Part shown: piece after piece, positions 27,076-40,249 of the stretch | Numbering within the stretch: position 1 is the first letter of the stretch | How the letters are laid out: each line of letters begins with the position of its first letter | Assembly (NCBI RefSeq): GCF_009914755.1 | Contig: NC_060931.1 | Direction: 5' to 3' (one strand) | Length of the DNA: 64,000 bases | Source of the DNA: the human T2T-CHM13v2.0 reference genome, Homo sapiens | Notes under the pieces: generated by a model | The model's input: the letters and a program-made list of their open reading frames with translations, nothing else | The model's database searches: none | Told to the model about the DNA's origin: nothing | Translations under genes and position numbers: made by a program

Positions 27076-28685
27076 TATTACACACCACTATCACCAAGGC
27101 ACACTACCCTTAGATTTCATGTTGCATTATAGTTTTTGCCTTCCAACTATAGCTTTATTTACGGGAGCAGGGTATAACTAGGAGAGTGAAAACAACTGTG
27201 TTATGTTTCCCGGAGTTGTTTCACCCTGTAAATCAGCCATGCAGCAACGACTTACTATTGCATCAGTAATCTACGGCATTAGGGTGATCCTACTTATTCA
27301 AATAGAATCCTAAATCATCTCTTACCTTTAGAGGCATGGTCTACCATTACATCTTAGAGGCACAATTCGAAGTCAAATATATAAAAAGGCCTTTTTTCAC
27401 AATTAAAGTTACTTCAATATCTGGTGCCTAATTCTCACATTTCTTAGATTCCCCTAGTTCTGAGTCTATAAATTCTAAAAATCATAGAAACCAGGTAGGT
27501 GTCATGAAAAAAGTACAGCAGCCCAGATGTAAGACATTTGGTATGTTACATGAATAATACTGGACAATTTGAGATCTTCCACCAACCATGGCAGATACCA
27601 AGATATTTTACTTTTCTTTATTCACAATCTAAACTGATTTGTTAGAGCCTACCAATGACAAAATCAATACACTGTTATGATATTTTAAGACATGACTCAC
27701 TTTTAGGGTTAGCTTCCGTTTGGAGGACATATGAGGAATAAAGAAATGAGTTAAATGATGCGAAAGGGCAAAATAGTCACTGACAATTATGACATTGATA
27801 TGAATTTGATAAGTCAGTGTCACGGGAAGAAATAGAGATAAGACTGCTTAAAATTAAAAAAAATTTAAGATGCATAACTAAATTTAAGGTGTGCACCTTT
27901 AGATATCGATTTGAACAAACCTAACATAAAAGACATTTTATAGGCAAAAAACAAAAATTTATAATAAACAGGGTATTAATAGGAAAAAATATTTTCATTG
28001 GGAGTTATAATAACATTGTCATTTTGTTAGAAAATGCATTTGTTTAGCGTTGTATAACTGAAATATACACGACAGCTGATCCAGATTATGCTACGAAATA
28101 TTTTGGCAATGAAAAAACAAAGAAAAAAGGACAACTGATGCAAATTAATCAAAATCTTGAGTTTTGAAACAAAATGGATATATAAATTTATTGTTATTCT
28201 AATTTTATGAATGTTTGAAAAAGTTTGTTAAAAATTTAAACTGCTAGTAATGTCCATAAATCCTCACTAATCCAACTGAAAATAATAAATTGCCTAAGTC
28301 TCAGACATATCTCTAATTCAAAACTCTTTATCTAGGAGCGTTTGTTTTTTGACAACCTCTGGCATTAAAACACCCAATTTACAGTTGCTCAATACATGTG
28401 AATAGGTGGGGTGACCATATCCTCAGCTTGTGGCATCACATCCCCTCTTGAAATGGAAGCTGTGGCAATGTTGCCACATATCAAAGCGGATCCTTCTCTG
28501 GGACAGGAGCCATCATCATCATCATCTCCCTATTAAGCACATTGTTTACCCACCTGAAAAGAGTTCTTGTCTCTCTCCCTGTTGCCCAGCTGCTAAGGGA
28601 TTTCCACTTTCCATTTCAGAACGGACAGAAATATTTGCATGCAAAAGACTGTAAACCTTGTTTTATATGTCAATTTAGCCCTCCC

Positions 28686-30068
28686 TCGTCCAGAATTGGT
28701 GGGTTCTTGGCCTCGCTGACTTCAAGAAAGAAGCCCCACGGACCCTCGCAGTGAGTGCTACAGTTCTTAAGGGCAGCTCCTCCGGAGTTGTTCTTCACAT
28801 ATGTCTGCAGTTTCTTCCTCCAGGTGTATTCCTGGTCTCGCTGGCTTCAGGAGTATAGCTGCAGATCTTCACAGTGAGTGTTACAGTTCATAAAAGTGGC
28901 TCGTCCTGAGTTTCCTTGGTTCAGTAACCTTGCTGGCTTGAGAAGTGAAGCTGCACACCTTCCGGGTGAGCATTACAGCTCATAAACGTGGCAGGGACCC
29001 AAAGAACGAGCAGCAGCAATACATACATTGCAAAGAACAAAAGAACAAAGCTACCACAACGTGGAAAAGGACAACAGCTTGCCGCTCCTTGTTTGGATCG
29101 CCAGCTTTTATTCCCTTATCCGGCCCCGCCCCCTCCCCCACACATCCTGCTGATTGGTCCACTTTACAGAGAGCTGATTGGTCCACTTTACAGAGAGCTG
29201 ATTGGTCCACTTTACAGAGAGCTGATTGGTCCACTTTACAGAGAGCTGATTGGTCCATTTTACGGAGAGCTGATTGGTCCATCTTACAGGGAGCTGATTG
29301 GTCCGTTTTACAGAGAGCTGATTGGTCCATTTTGAGAGAGTGCTGAGTGGTGCGTTTACAAACCTTTAGCTAGATACAGAGTGCTGATTAGTGCGTTTGC
29401 AATCCTTTAGCTAGACAGAAAAGTTCTCCAAGTCCCCTCACCTGATTAGTTAGCGACTGAGTGCTAATTGGTGCATTTACAAACCTTTAACTAGACATAG
29501 AGTGCTGATTGGTGCGTTTACAATCCTTTAGCTACACAGAAAAGTTCTCCAAGTCACCACCGGTCCCAGAAGCCCAGTTGGCTTCACCTGTCACTGGCAC
29601 CCGCCAGGAAACTTTGCGGTACCTATCCTGGGCACTCCCGCAGCCCAGAGGGAGCTCTCCCAGACAACCAAGAGGAAAAGTGGGGAAGCGAGAAAGAGAC
29701 GGAGACCCGCCGTCCTGGCCTACGACCCCGCGAAGAGGGAACGGCGGTCCGCGCATGGTACCCAGACCCTGATCAAGCCCAGCAGGCGCCGGCTGGCCGC
29801 GCCCAGTGCGCGGTCCACCGAACCCGCAGCCGCCCGGAACCCGAGCCGGCCCGCGAGCGCCTCGCGCAGCCCCGGCTCCCGCACCTCTCTCTCCCTCCAC
29901 ACCTCCCCGCAAGCAGAGGGAGTCGGCTCCGGCCTCGGCCAGCCCCACAGAGGGCCCCCCACAGCGCAGCGGCGGGCTGAAGGGCTCCTCGAGCGCGGCC
30001 AGAGCTGACGCCCAGGCCAAGAAGGCGCTGAGAGCTAGCAAGGGCTGCTAGCACGTTGTTATCTCTCA
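28686..30068 (-). mobile_element. Solo LTR12-family (ERV9) LTR, same orientation as AGMO
   Basis: Minus strand starts tgagagataacaacgtgctagcagccc and ends gaacccaccaattctggac. It has a GC-rich U3, tandem CCAAT repeats, a GC box, an AATAAAA TATA-like box and U5 repeats. Confidence 0.95.
29100..29345 (-). promoter_or_regulatory. LTR12 core promoter: 8 x 24-bp CCAAT (NF-Y) repeats, GC box, AATAAAA TATA-like element
   Basis: ctgattggtcc repeats every 24 bp (29150-29330), ggccccgcccc at 29121-29131, ttttatt at 29106-29112. This is the known ERV9 LTR promoter layout; activity here is not shown. Confidence 0.7.
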
Positions 30069-32748
30069 CTACCTACCTTACTTTCCTCCTTCCTTCTTTC
30101 TTCATTCCTTCTTCCTTTTCTCCCCACCTCTCCCTCTCTTTCTCTTTCTTTTTTCTAATCTGGGGTGCTATCCACTATTTTTAAAGTTATTTCCATGAGA
30201 GATATATTTTGGCCTACAAACAGCAAAACTTTGGATTAATTCATACAATGGAGCTCATTTATACACCAAAGATTATTTGTATTTTTAATTTCAGGAGTTT
30301 AAAATACTGTGAATATATAGCTCTTATAAAAGAATACACTCCTATGAAGTAAAGCACACACTGTTAATAACCAGGAATTGGGAAGAAGGTACAGATAAAT
30401 AACCCTGTATTTTATTGGACTATATTGCTTTCTACTTGGTGAAAAACTGTTTGTTAAGAAAAATGGTGGAAAATAGAGAACAAGAAAGTGGGGGATCCTC
30501 AGCAGTCAGGACATTGAAATCTGATGCTTTGGTTGGGCTTTGTATCTATGACAGAGAACCAGATGGGAAAGGAGAAAACCAGTTTACCCTTGTTTGTTTC
30601 TTTGGTGCCTAACATGTGTTACAAAAACAAACAACAAATGTGGGTGGAGAGGACTACACTGACCAGCTTCTGCTCCCCAGATGAATTTCTGATCCTAGGC
30701 CCTGGCGTGTGTGCAGCCAGATGTAAAGCCACACAAATGGTGAGTGCATGCAGATGATTGGAGCCTTGGCTGAGTGCACTATTTTTTTTTAATGTCAAGC
30801 TCTTTATTGCGGTGAAAATCTTTTGCTCCTGCAGGCTAAAGCACAGTGATAACAATATTGAAAGTTCGTTTTTTAAAAAATAGTTAAAAGCCAAGTACAA
30901 CACAGTCAACCACAGATAAATTTCCTGGTAGTGCCTATGAGTACCTTGGAGCTGGGGAAGACCACCTCTGAGTGAGAGATGATTCATCATTCTGACAGCC
31001 CAGTCAGAACCTCTCATGTAAAAAACCCTTCCAATTCAAAGTCATGGAGAATTCATTAATATTTATTAAGGGTTGAGCATAACGGCTTAATTATCGCCTA
31101 TTTTTGCAAATTCAGGCATTTGGCAATTCGACGACGTCTAGCTTTGAATCACTTCCTGAAAATATGTTACTCTGGGAATAATTGTAGCAATTCTCATTTT
31201 TAGAAGTTATTTGTTTGTATTAATTTTTTAGACATAGATGGGTTTATTTAAATTATCAAATTTTAGGACATACAGAGGGCTTCAATATAACATAGTCCAA
31301 TACTTCATTATTTTTAAAAAACCCATAAAACTGAAGCTCAGAAAGGTTAAACTACTAGTTTAAGTTTAATCAGCTTGGAATAAGCCATAAAGCCTTTCCG
31401 ATTTCAGCTCATGAATCTTTCTACTTATCCATCATATTGTTTTTAAGACATACAGCAATTTTCCATTGAATAAAAATAATTTAAACTTTTACAACTTTAA
31501 TAGAAAATGATAATTCCTTTTGTATTTCATATTAGTTAAAATGATGCCAGGTATTTATAAAGATCCCAGGGATTTCAGCTTCTAAACCTCCCCATATGGT
31601 ATTTTAGGGATTTTTGCTGCTCCTTTGGTCTCTGAAGCAATGCTCTAAATATTGTATTCTGTAAGTTGTTTTTTCTCGGTCTTACAACTTGAGAACTATG
31701 GATGCCTAGAAGGGCCATGAAGGGGTTCAGAAAGTCAGGAAGACCCTGAAGTTTTAGATGAAATTTTATAAATAAGCACCTATGATATTTTTCTGGGGAG
31801 AAATTCTACAATTTCTATTATATACTGAAAAGGAAACATGAGTTCATAAAGCTTTAAGAGCCAATGTTCTAAACAGAGTTGACTAGGTTATTTCCTTTGC
31901 CTTTCTTAGTTATATTGTGTTGTCAGTTTACAGATAAGTAAAACCTGAGTGCTAATTTCTCACCCAAACTTCACAGAAACTTAAAACATTTTTTGGGGCA
32001 CATTTTTTAAAACTGTTAAATTTTTCAGACTATTTCTTAAGCTATTTTATTTGTATAGTAACATCATAAATATATAAATAATACAAATAACAATTTTGTA
32101 ACAGTAAGCTCCATGATGACTCACTTTCATTCAACAAAAATGCTCTGGACAATTTGTTGGAATGATCACAAACTCCTCATTTCTTCCTCTCCAGTCTCTG
32201 GTGAAAGTGGGGAAGAAGAGTTAAATATAAAAGCAAGAGAAGAGGGAGCCATAAGACCGTCGTTATGTCATTTCCCCTGACCAAAAATAAAATGAAACCA
32301 AATAAAAAGACTCCTTGTAATGAACCAAACAATGTCCAAAACTTTCAGAGTTCAAAGCTGTTCACATTCTTTCTGGATAGTGATTTCTAATGTTCTCTTT
32401 CTTCTCCGTCTAAGACCTTAACCTTCTATCTTACCTTTTGGAATCCTGCTTTATCTTCGAGACCAATTCTCCAAGCACTCTTCTTGATTTTTCCAATGAG
32501 TTTTGTTTTCCTTTCTCTGAATGCATATTGAGAGATCATTAATTCTCATGTCTTCCAGTTCTTTGTGCTAGTTACTTGTTTTCATTTCTCATACTATATT
32601 GCAAGTTTCATGAGGATAAAAATTGTGCCTTACCATTCTCTGTGTCTCTCAGGTCACATACAACATTGCTTACACATCGTGATTGTTTGACAATAGTATA
32701 TTCAATAGATAAATCCCCCTTACTCCTCTCATACTCTTATTTCTTTAC

Positions 32749-32965
32749 AGCAGCGGTTCTCAAATTGGGGTGATTATCACCACCCCCCCAAGCAATTTTT
32801 AATGTTTGGAGATAATTTTAGTTGTCATAACTGGGAAAAGTGCTACTGGCATCTAGTGAGCAGTGGTGGGTTTAGTGCTGTTAAACATTCCACAATAAAT
32901 AGGACAAGCCCCACAGTAAGAATTATCTGGTACAAAATGTCAATAGTGCTGAAGTTGAAGAATTC
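32749..32965. mobile_element. MER20 DNA transposon relic
   Basis: 'gcagcggttctcaaattggggtgatt...ttgtcataactggg...tgctactggcatctagtg...caaaatgtcaatagtgctgaagttgaag'. Confidence 0.85.
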
Positions 32966-35900
32966 TACTTTGTGGGTATGAGTGTCATTCCGTGCTCTAG
33001 ACCTTTACTGTTCAGGAGGAAAACACTGTATAATTTCTGTGTTCTAATCTGGGAGTTGGTGAGAGGAATGTCGTAGGGAGTGAGTGTGGTGGTCATTACC
33101 AGGACCAAAGGCAAAGCATGAGTCTGGAGCTCTTGGAGTTTGAAGCCAGGAATGAAAGTCCGAGCATGATCTTTGATCAAGTGAGTTGGGCAAGTTAAGA
33201 TAAAAAGCTAAAATGAAGGAGCCAAAACAAACAAACAAATAAACAAAAGAAACAAAATCACAGAGCAAGGAACTGTAAAACTGGATAATAAGGTGATTAA
33301 ATTCTGGTGATCATTGGCAAGTGAATACCATAAATTATTTTATATTATCTGAGTTCAGTTTTATGAGAGCTTCAGTTTCAAATGAAAGTAGCCAGAGATG
33401 GAAAAGTGATTATGAAATTTCTTTTGAGAATCCTTATGATCCGCCCTATCCTGCACTTACACATTAAGTTGAATAATGTAGAGACCTAAAAGGTTAATGA
33501 AACTCCCATTGTATCTAGGTGACCAGTCTGAAATAATTTTCCTATGGAAATTGATAACCTATGTACATGTGATAAATTAATTAAATGCTTACTCTGATCA
33601 CAATTTTTTTCATGATACAATTTTCAGAAGTTTTCTCACTACCTTACATTACCTAAAAAATGTAATTCTGTGTCTTGTGTCTTTCCCATTTAAATTGAAA
33701 AATACTTTAGAGTTGAATTCTACAAAGCATCAAAATAAATATTCTAAATAAATGTCCTGTCTGAAATTATTTTATATACAATTAACTTATTCTATTCTAT
33801 ATAATTCATAATTATTTCTCTTGATTCCTTTGATTGGCAAACATTGACTAGTTAGATTTTTGTGGCTTGGTTAAAAGTAGAGATGCAATTAACTGGTGAT
33901 TTTAGTTACAGAACAAGACTTATCTTCATCAAAAATATTCAGTTTGTTCAAAACAAATTATTTCATTTGTTTGAATTGCTTGGAAATTTGCCTCCTCTTA
34001 CCTCATTCTGACTATTGAGGTTGGAGAAGAGACTTCCTAAATATTGGGAATGTCACATAATATTTCTATTATTCAATTTTTACATCTGCAAATGGATACT
34101 AAAATACTAGAATATGTTATTGAAAAGTCATAGGAATATTTATAACCACTTACTTTTCAGAAAGAAGGCATGCATCTATGGTTAATTGTAAAGTTCATCC
34201 CAAATAAAAGATGCTTACAAATATTTATGATTCTTGTCTGAGAGGGAAAAATCATAATAGGGAAAATATATCCTAAAAAGCATGTGTTTTACAGAACCCT
34301 CTTTATAAACATGCATGTGCAAGATGATATGCTAAATGCTGAGGAATGACTGGGTTTGGGTGAAGTGAAATGAAATCTCATAGTGGAATAGATGTCTGCA
34401 TTTTGATGAGCATAGGTTAGAGTGACAACATTGACTATAACTAGTCAAGACTTTTCGTTACAGCGTCATGCATGAATGATGTTCCAGCGGAGCCCAGACC
34501 ACTGTGGGTCTCCTTATTCACTGCCACCAGTATTGAAGGGAAATACTAAGCCCAGCTTCTCATACATTTATTATCTGATATGAAAATCTTTGTCATGTTA
34601 GATTCAGCTGAGAAAGATATGCTTAAAATGAAGTTTGAAAATGACAATTTTTAAAGATTAATTTTCAGGTAAATTAGTGACAATTCAGTGTAAGCCAAGT
34701 CTAAAATTAAATGAACTAATATGTACACCATAATTACTTGGCTTTTTCCTGGCCACTTTTCTTCTCCCACACCTCACTTCTGTTCCTCCTCCTCCTCTTT
34801 TATTTTTTTCTCTTTCTTTTTCTCTCTCTTCTTCTTCTCTTTTTGTTCATTTATTCTTTCATCTATCTATCTGTATCCATCTATCTTATCTATCTAAACG
34901 TGTGTGTGCATATGTACAAAAATTTATTTGGAAAGATCTTTATAATTCACTATAGGCTCATGCATACTTATCTAAAAAGTGTGCAGTAATAAATATTTCT
35001 GTGTTCCTTCAATAAGATATTCCCATATTCTCATTTGCAGATGGAAAACCTGAAGGGCACAAATATTATGTATTATAGTCATATATTTAACCTTATTAAA
35101 TATATTTATCATTTAATAATAATATATATTAAATATATTAAATATAAATATATATTAACCTTATTAAATATATACAAATATATTTAATAAATATTAAATA
35201 TTCAAATGCTGAACAATTACTGTTTTAAATACTAAACTACCAATAAGGGTTTTCTATCAACACTAGCAATAATCTATTTCAGAGCGTTAAAACCTGTATT
35301 TATAAATTCTTATCAAAATCTCTTACTCAAAGCTATTTGCATAACAAGAGAGCAAGATGTCTCTTGTCAGCCAGTTCATTTATTCTGCAAATATTTATTG
35401 AGTTTCTAGGGACTTCACTAGGTTTTAAAAGTGAAAAGAAATGATGTAATACACAAGCATTGCCTGAAGGAAATTTACACTCCAATGGACCCTTCAATGG
35501 AAAGTTTAAACTGTATCAGAAAAAAAAGATTTTACAAACAAGTTACCTTTTCCACATAATTTTGTTTTCCTTTGGGACTGATGAAAAAAATCACTCATTT
35601 TTCTTTCTTTTTCAATTACTATTTTGCAGTAGAGATATTTGAATTTATAATCAATTTGAACTTATAATTGGCACAAGCATTGTCTAATAAGAAGCAAAAT
35701 GAGTTCCCTTTCCAAGTCTCAAGCTGAAAATTAATTTTAGTGTAGATGTGTGCTTTTATTTAGTTTCCTGTAGTGCAGATTTGCAAATACTCTCATTGGT
35801 TATTACTGAAGAGAATTTAGATTATTCTTTCTTGCTCATAAATTTCTTCAACTGATTATACAGAAATTGAAATAATCTGTATGGGTTTCATTTATTCTCT

Positions 35901-38662
35901 GGTTATTTATTGAGTACAAGGTACTGCAGTAAGATCTTTCAAGAGGTCATAGAGTGGAACAATGGAAATTACATTTTAATGTCTACTAATTTATGTATTT
36001 ATTAACTTAAAGGTAGAATAAATGACAACATCAGCATTTATTGTTTGAATATACATAAAAATATGATTTTATACTATCAATAAAATCTACAGCAATTCTA
36101 ATTTAAAGTTTTAGAAAAAGAATAAAATCCATGAACACTATAAGTCAACATATTAAAATAGTTTCTTGTTCTGAATTAGTTGATCTTTAAACACTTATTG
36201 TTTTACTTGTTACAAGCTTAATCAACCTGAATGTTTATGGATACATTTATATTATTGAGCATCTGGTGATGAAATGTAAAAATAAAATCTTAATTACTTC
36301 TTCCACTATTTCTGCTGTGTTAATTCAAGACAACCACACAAGTATTTAGACAGATGGTAGTGGCGGCCATATTAGCCTCTGATTTATCTGCAGGGAAGGA
36401 AGAGAAAGCAGAACTCTTAGGATATGTGCTTGTCTGCCTAGTTTCACACTTTGAAATGCTGGACAAATGCTGATTTATTCACGGCCAAATGTTTTCCTGT
36501 TTGATTAGACAGTTTTCTACTTCAGTAAGCATGTAATATGGAGGTAGCTGAATTTCCACACTAAGGAGTGAAAAAACAATATTTATAGTTTGGAAATAAA
36601 ACAATCTGGAGGAATCAGGACTGTTGGGATCATAAGGAGCTTCAGAGGGAGTAAATTTCTGATGAATCCATACCACAGGGATAAAGAGTTAAAGGCTTAG
36701 TTTTAATGAAGAATGGGACTAGGTTATGTTTATACAATAAACAAAAGTTTTAAAGGACTGCGTTTATAATAAATTATCTTGAAGGCTGATTCTTGTCACT
36801 TATGATTACATTATTCTTCAAACAAAAAGACAAGAGCAGGACAAGTTAGCATTTTATTTGAATTTGTTTCAGCATATCTTTTGAATAACACTTTTGGTTT
36901 CTACTTGGAAAAATGAACACAAGTAACTGTTAAGCATGTTCCCTCAAAGGAGAATAAGTTATTTTGTTATTTTTAAACAACACGGAGTAGATTTACAGAA
37001 GAAAAACTGGAAACATTTATAGGTTTAACCATCTCAAACTTCATCCTTATGTAACATCATTTTATATTTACAGGTTTAGGCATCCAGTGATAAATGGAAT
37101 CATGCTAGTATGAGTAATAATAACATTATTTTAAAAGAAGGCAACTGAAAAACTGAAAGGTTAAGTAATCCGTGTCCAAAACTCCAATCCACAGTCTTAT
37201 GGTACAAGCTCCATACTTTTGACTCTTTCTAAAGCTCACTGTATTGTGACTGCCATTATGATCATATTCCCAATTTCAGATATGACTTCTACTGCTTAGT
37301 CAACAAATATTATTGATTGCCAACCGACTATGTGCCTGACATCATCTGAGCATTAGATACTTTAGTAAACAAAGCAAATATGAATCTACATTTTAGCTTC
37401 CATTCTCGAATGTTAGATCTCTTTGTCATCCATTATAAACTTTTATCTGTTAAAAAATATTTTCAGATACTAATATTTTAAAGTCAAATATTATATAATA
37501 CATTCTCAAACACTAGATTAGAATCTATAAGGACTTACACGTCTTAAGTTCATTTGCCCTGTCATTTCCATTTTCATAGCTTCCTGCTAAGGACAAGCTA
37601 TCTTACTAAAGCATATCCTTTCCCTTGTCCTCTTAGGGATTAAAAAATCTATATTATTAATACATCCATTCTGACTCAGGTCTTTCCTATGAGTACATTC
37701 TTCTTGTCGCTTTCTCTGCCTCCTGACAATAAACAAACATATTGTAGACAATCTACTTAACACAATCAGTGCGTTCATTCATTAAAAAGATGTTTGCTGG
37801 TGGTGATCTAAGTTTTATACACTGGGAAAACAAAAATTAATACAACATAGTTATTATCCTCAAGATGTTTACTATCAGCTTCTATGTTCATGATGCTCAA
37901 AATTTATTCCATTTACATTCAGTCTAATGCTTGTTCAAAATGCAAATTCCTACCTTCACTCACCAGAGATTTATTTTACGTGGTTCTTGGAAGGGAGCAA
38001 TCATTCTGTATCTTGATAAGCATTCACATTATTCTGATGCATGCAGGTGACCCTACCCTTGCTTCAATTCTAGTTCGGACTTTATGAACCAATTCCAGAA
38101 TGTAGTCATTTGGCTTTTTCAAAATAAGTACTATTCATTGAAAACATATTATGTTCCTAACTATGAGCTTTACATTTGTTATTTCATTAATCCACGTAAC
38201 ACTCTTATGGGTGAGTATGATTACTGTTACTTAACAGATTTGGAAGCAAGGTCAGAGAGTCTAAGTAAGTTTAGCAAATAGTCATATTCATTTATTCAGT
38301 CAAAAAACAGTCTCTTTTGGGTTCTGAGAACAAAGCAGTAAACAAGCTGGACAAATGCCTAATGAAGCTAAAATAGGACAGATTTCTCTTTGATTTCAAA
38401 ATGTATAATCTTATTCATTATGTCATACTACTCTCTTATCCCTGAAATGTTCTCTTCTTCAATTTGGCAAATTAATTTCCATCATGTTCCTTGTGTCTAA
38501 GAGCTTAAATTCCAATCCTTTCACAACAGACATTTTTTAATAAAGATTCATGAAATTTTAGACAGTCCAGCTTCAGGTAGCTCAGTAAAACTCTTCTAAC
38601 TTTGGTTCTTTATTTTCTGTTGGGAAAGAGTCACTACAACCCAGCAGATTCTCAAAGGAGGG

Positions 38663-39063
38663 TGTGATCCTAAAATTGTTAGCGACAAGGGTGCCAGTTC
38701 AGGTCAGAAGACTCAAAAGGCCCCTTTGTTTGGAATACACACACACACACACACACACGTATATTCCATATAAGTACACATGTACACATATGTGTGTATA
38801 TATATGGAATATACATATATATGTGTATATATATGGAATATACATATATATGTGTATATATATGTATATACACACATACATATGAATATACATATATATG
38901 TATTCCATATGTGTATATATACACATATATACATATATGCGTGCATATGTACACATATATACCCACGTATACACATATATGTATATGTATATGTGATCCT
39001 AAAATTGTTAGTGACAACGGTGCCAGTTCAGGTCAGAAGACTCAAAAGGCCCCTTTGTTTGGA

Positions 39064-39101
<38 letters not shown>

Positions 39102-39711
39102 ATATTCCATATAAGTACACATGTACACATATGTGTGTATATATATGAATATACATATATATGTGTATATATATGGAATATACATATATATGTGTATATA
39201 TATGTATATACACACATACATATGAATATACATATATATGTATTCCATATGTGTATATATACACATATATACATATATGCGTGCATATGTACACATATAT
39301 ACCCACGTATACACATATATGTATATGTATATGTGATCCTAAAATTGTTAGTGACAACGGTGCCAGTTCAGGTCAGAAGACTCAAAAGGCCCCTTTGTTT
39401 GGAATACACACGCGCACACACAAACACACACACACGTATATTCCATATAAGTACACATGTACACATGTGTGTGTATATATATGGAATATACATATATATG
39501 TGTATATATATGTATATACACACATATATATGAATATACATATATATGTATTCCATATGTGTATATATACACATATATACATATATGTGTGCATATGTAC
39601 ACATATATACCCACGTATACACATATAGATATATGTATATGTGATCCTAAAATTGTTAGTGACAAGGGTGCCAGTTTAGGTCAGAAGACTTGAAAGGCCC
39701 CTTTCTTTGGA

Positions 39712-39750
<39 letters not shown>
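38663..39750. repeat. Composite tandem repeat: 4 copies of a ~75-bp unique unit separated by (CA)n/(TA,TG)-rich spacers; periods 329, 340, 308 bp
   Basis: tgtgatcctaaaattgttag...ggaatac starts at 38663, 38992, 39332 and 39640. Spacers are near-identical to each other; the array ends in (TA)n. Confidence 0.95.
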
Positions 39751-39754
<4 letters not shown>

Positions 39755-40249
39755 CTTATATGTATACTCCATTATATTTATATAAACACTAGAAATGCAT
39801 ACATGAATAAGCAATGGGGTGATGAATTATCTGAAAAGGTAACTGTAGAATAGAAGGAAAGATTATTTTACATAGAACAAGAAATGTATAGGATTTCCAT
39901 TAAAGATGGGCTTCAAGAGAGAACAAGAAGCCAAAGGTGTCATCAATATTTGATCTTGATGTTGACTTCAGAGAAATGGAAGCAAAGTAGAAGAGTAGAT
40001 GACTTAAGGTGATGAAAGGCATAATAAAATACATTTTAGATATGCTGATTCAGGGTAGTAGCAAATATTTCTAAGAATATGTTAAGTAAGGTATTGGAAA
40101 CATTGATTTGAAACCCATAAGCATCTTCATTAATATTTAACTCTAGCAATAATTATCAACAATCAATAGAATTTTTTATTTAAATACAATGCTTATTAAA
40201 ATTTATGTGTGTGTATATTTGTATGTTTAAAATGTTTACATATACACAC

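Noticed and set aside
28945-30069. ORFs of 80-169 aa, including ADWSTLQR repeats
   Set aside because: They are stop-poor frames through the LTR12 24-bp array and GC-rich U3, with no splice or domain support.
28678-30075. Target-site duplication of the LTR12
   Set aside because: The left terminus is degraded and flanks (ctccc vs ctacc) match only imperfectly, so no TSD is claimed.
35060-35205. Extremely AT-rich patch with duplicated ttaaccttattaaatatat
   Set aside because: Ordinary low-complexity slippage with no evidence of function.
38663-39750. CRISPR-like repeat-spacer look and many Y/I/H/T/C-rich ORFs
   Set aside because: Spacers are near-identical low-complexity copies, the context is a primate intron with no cas genes, and the ORFs are translations of dinucleotide repeats.
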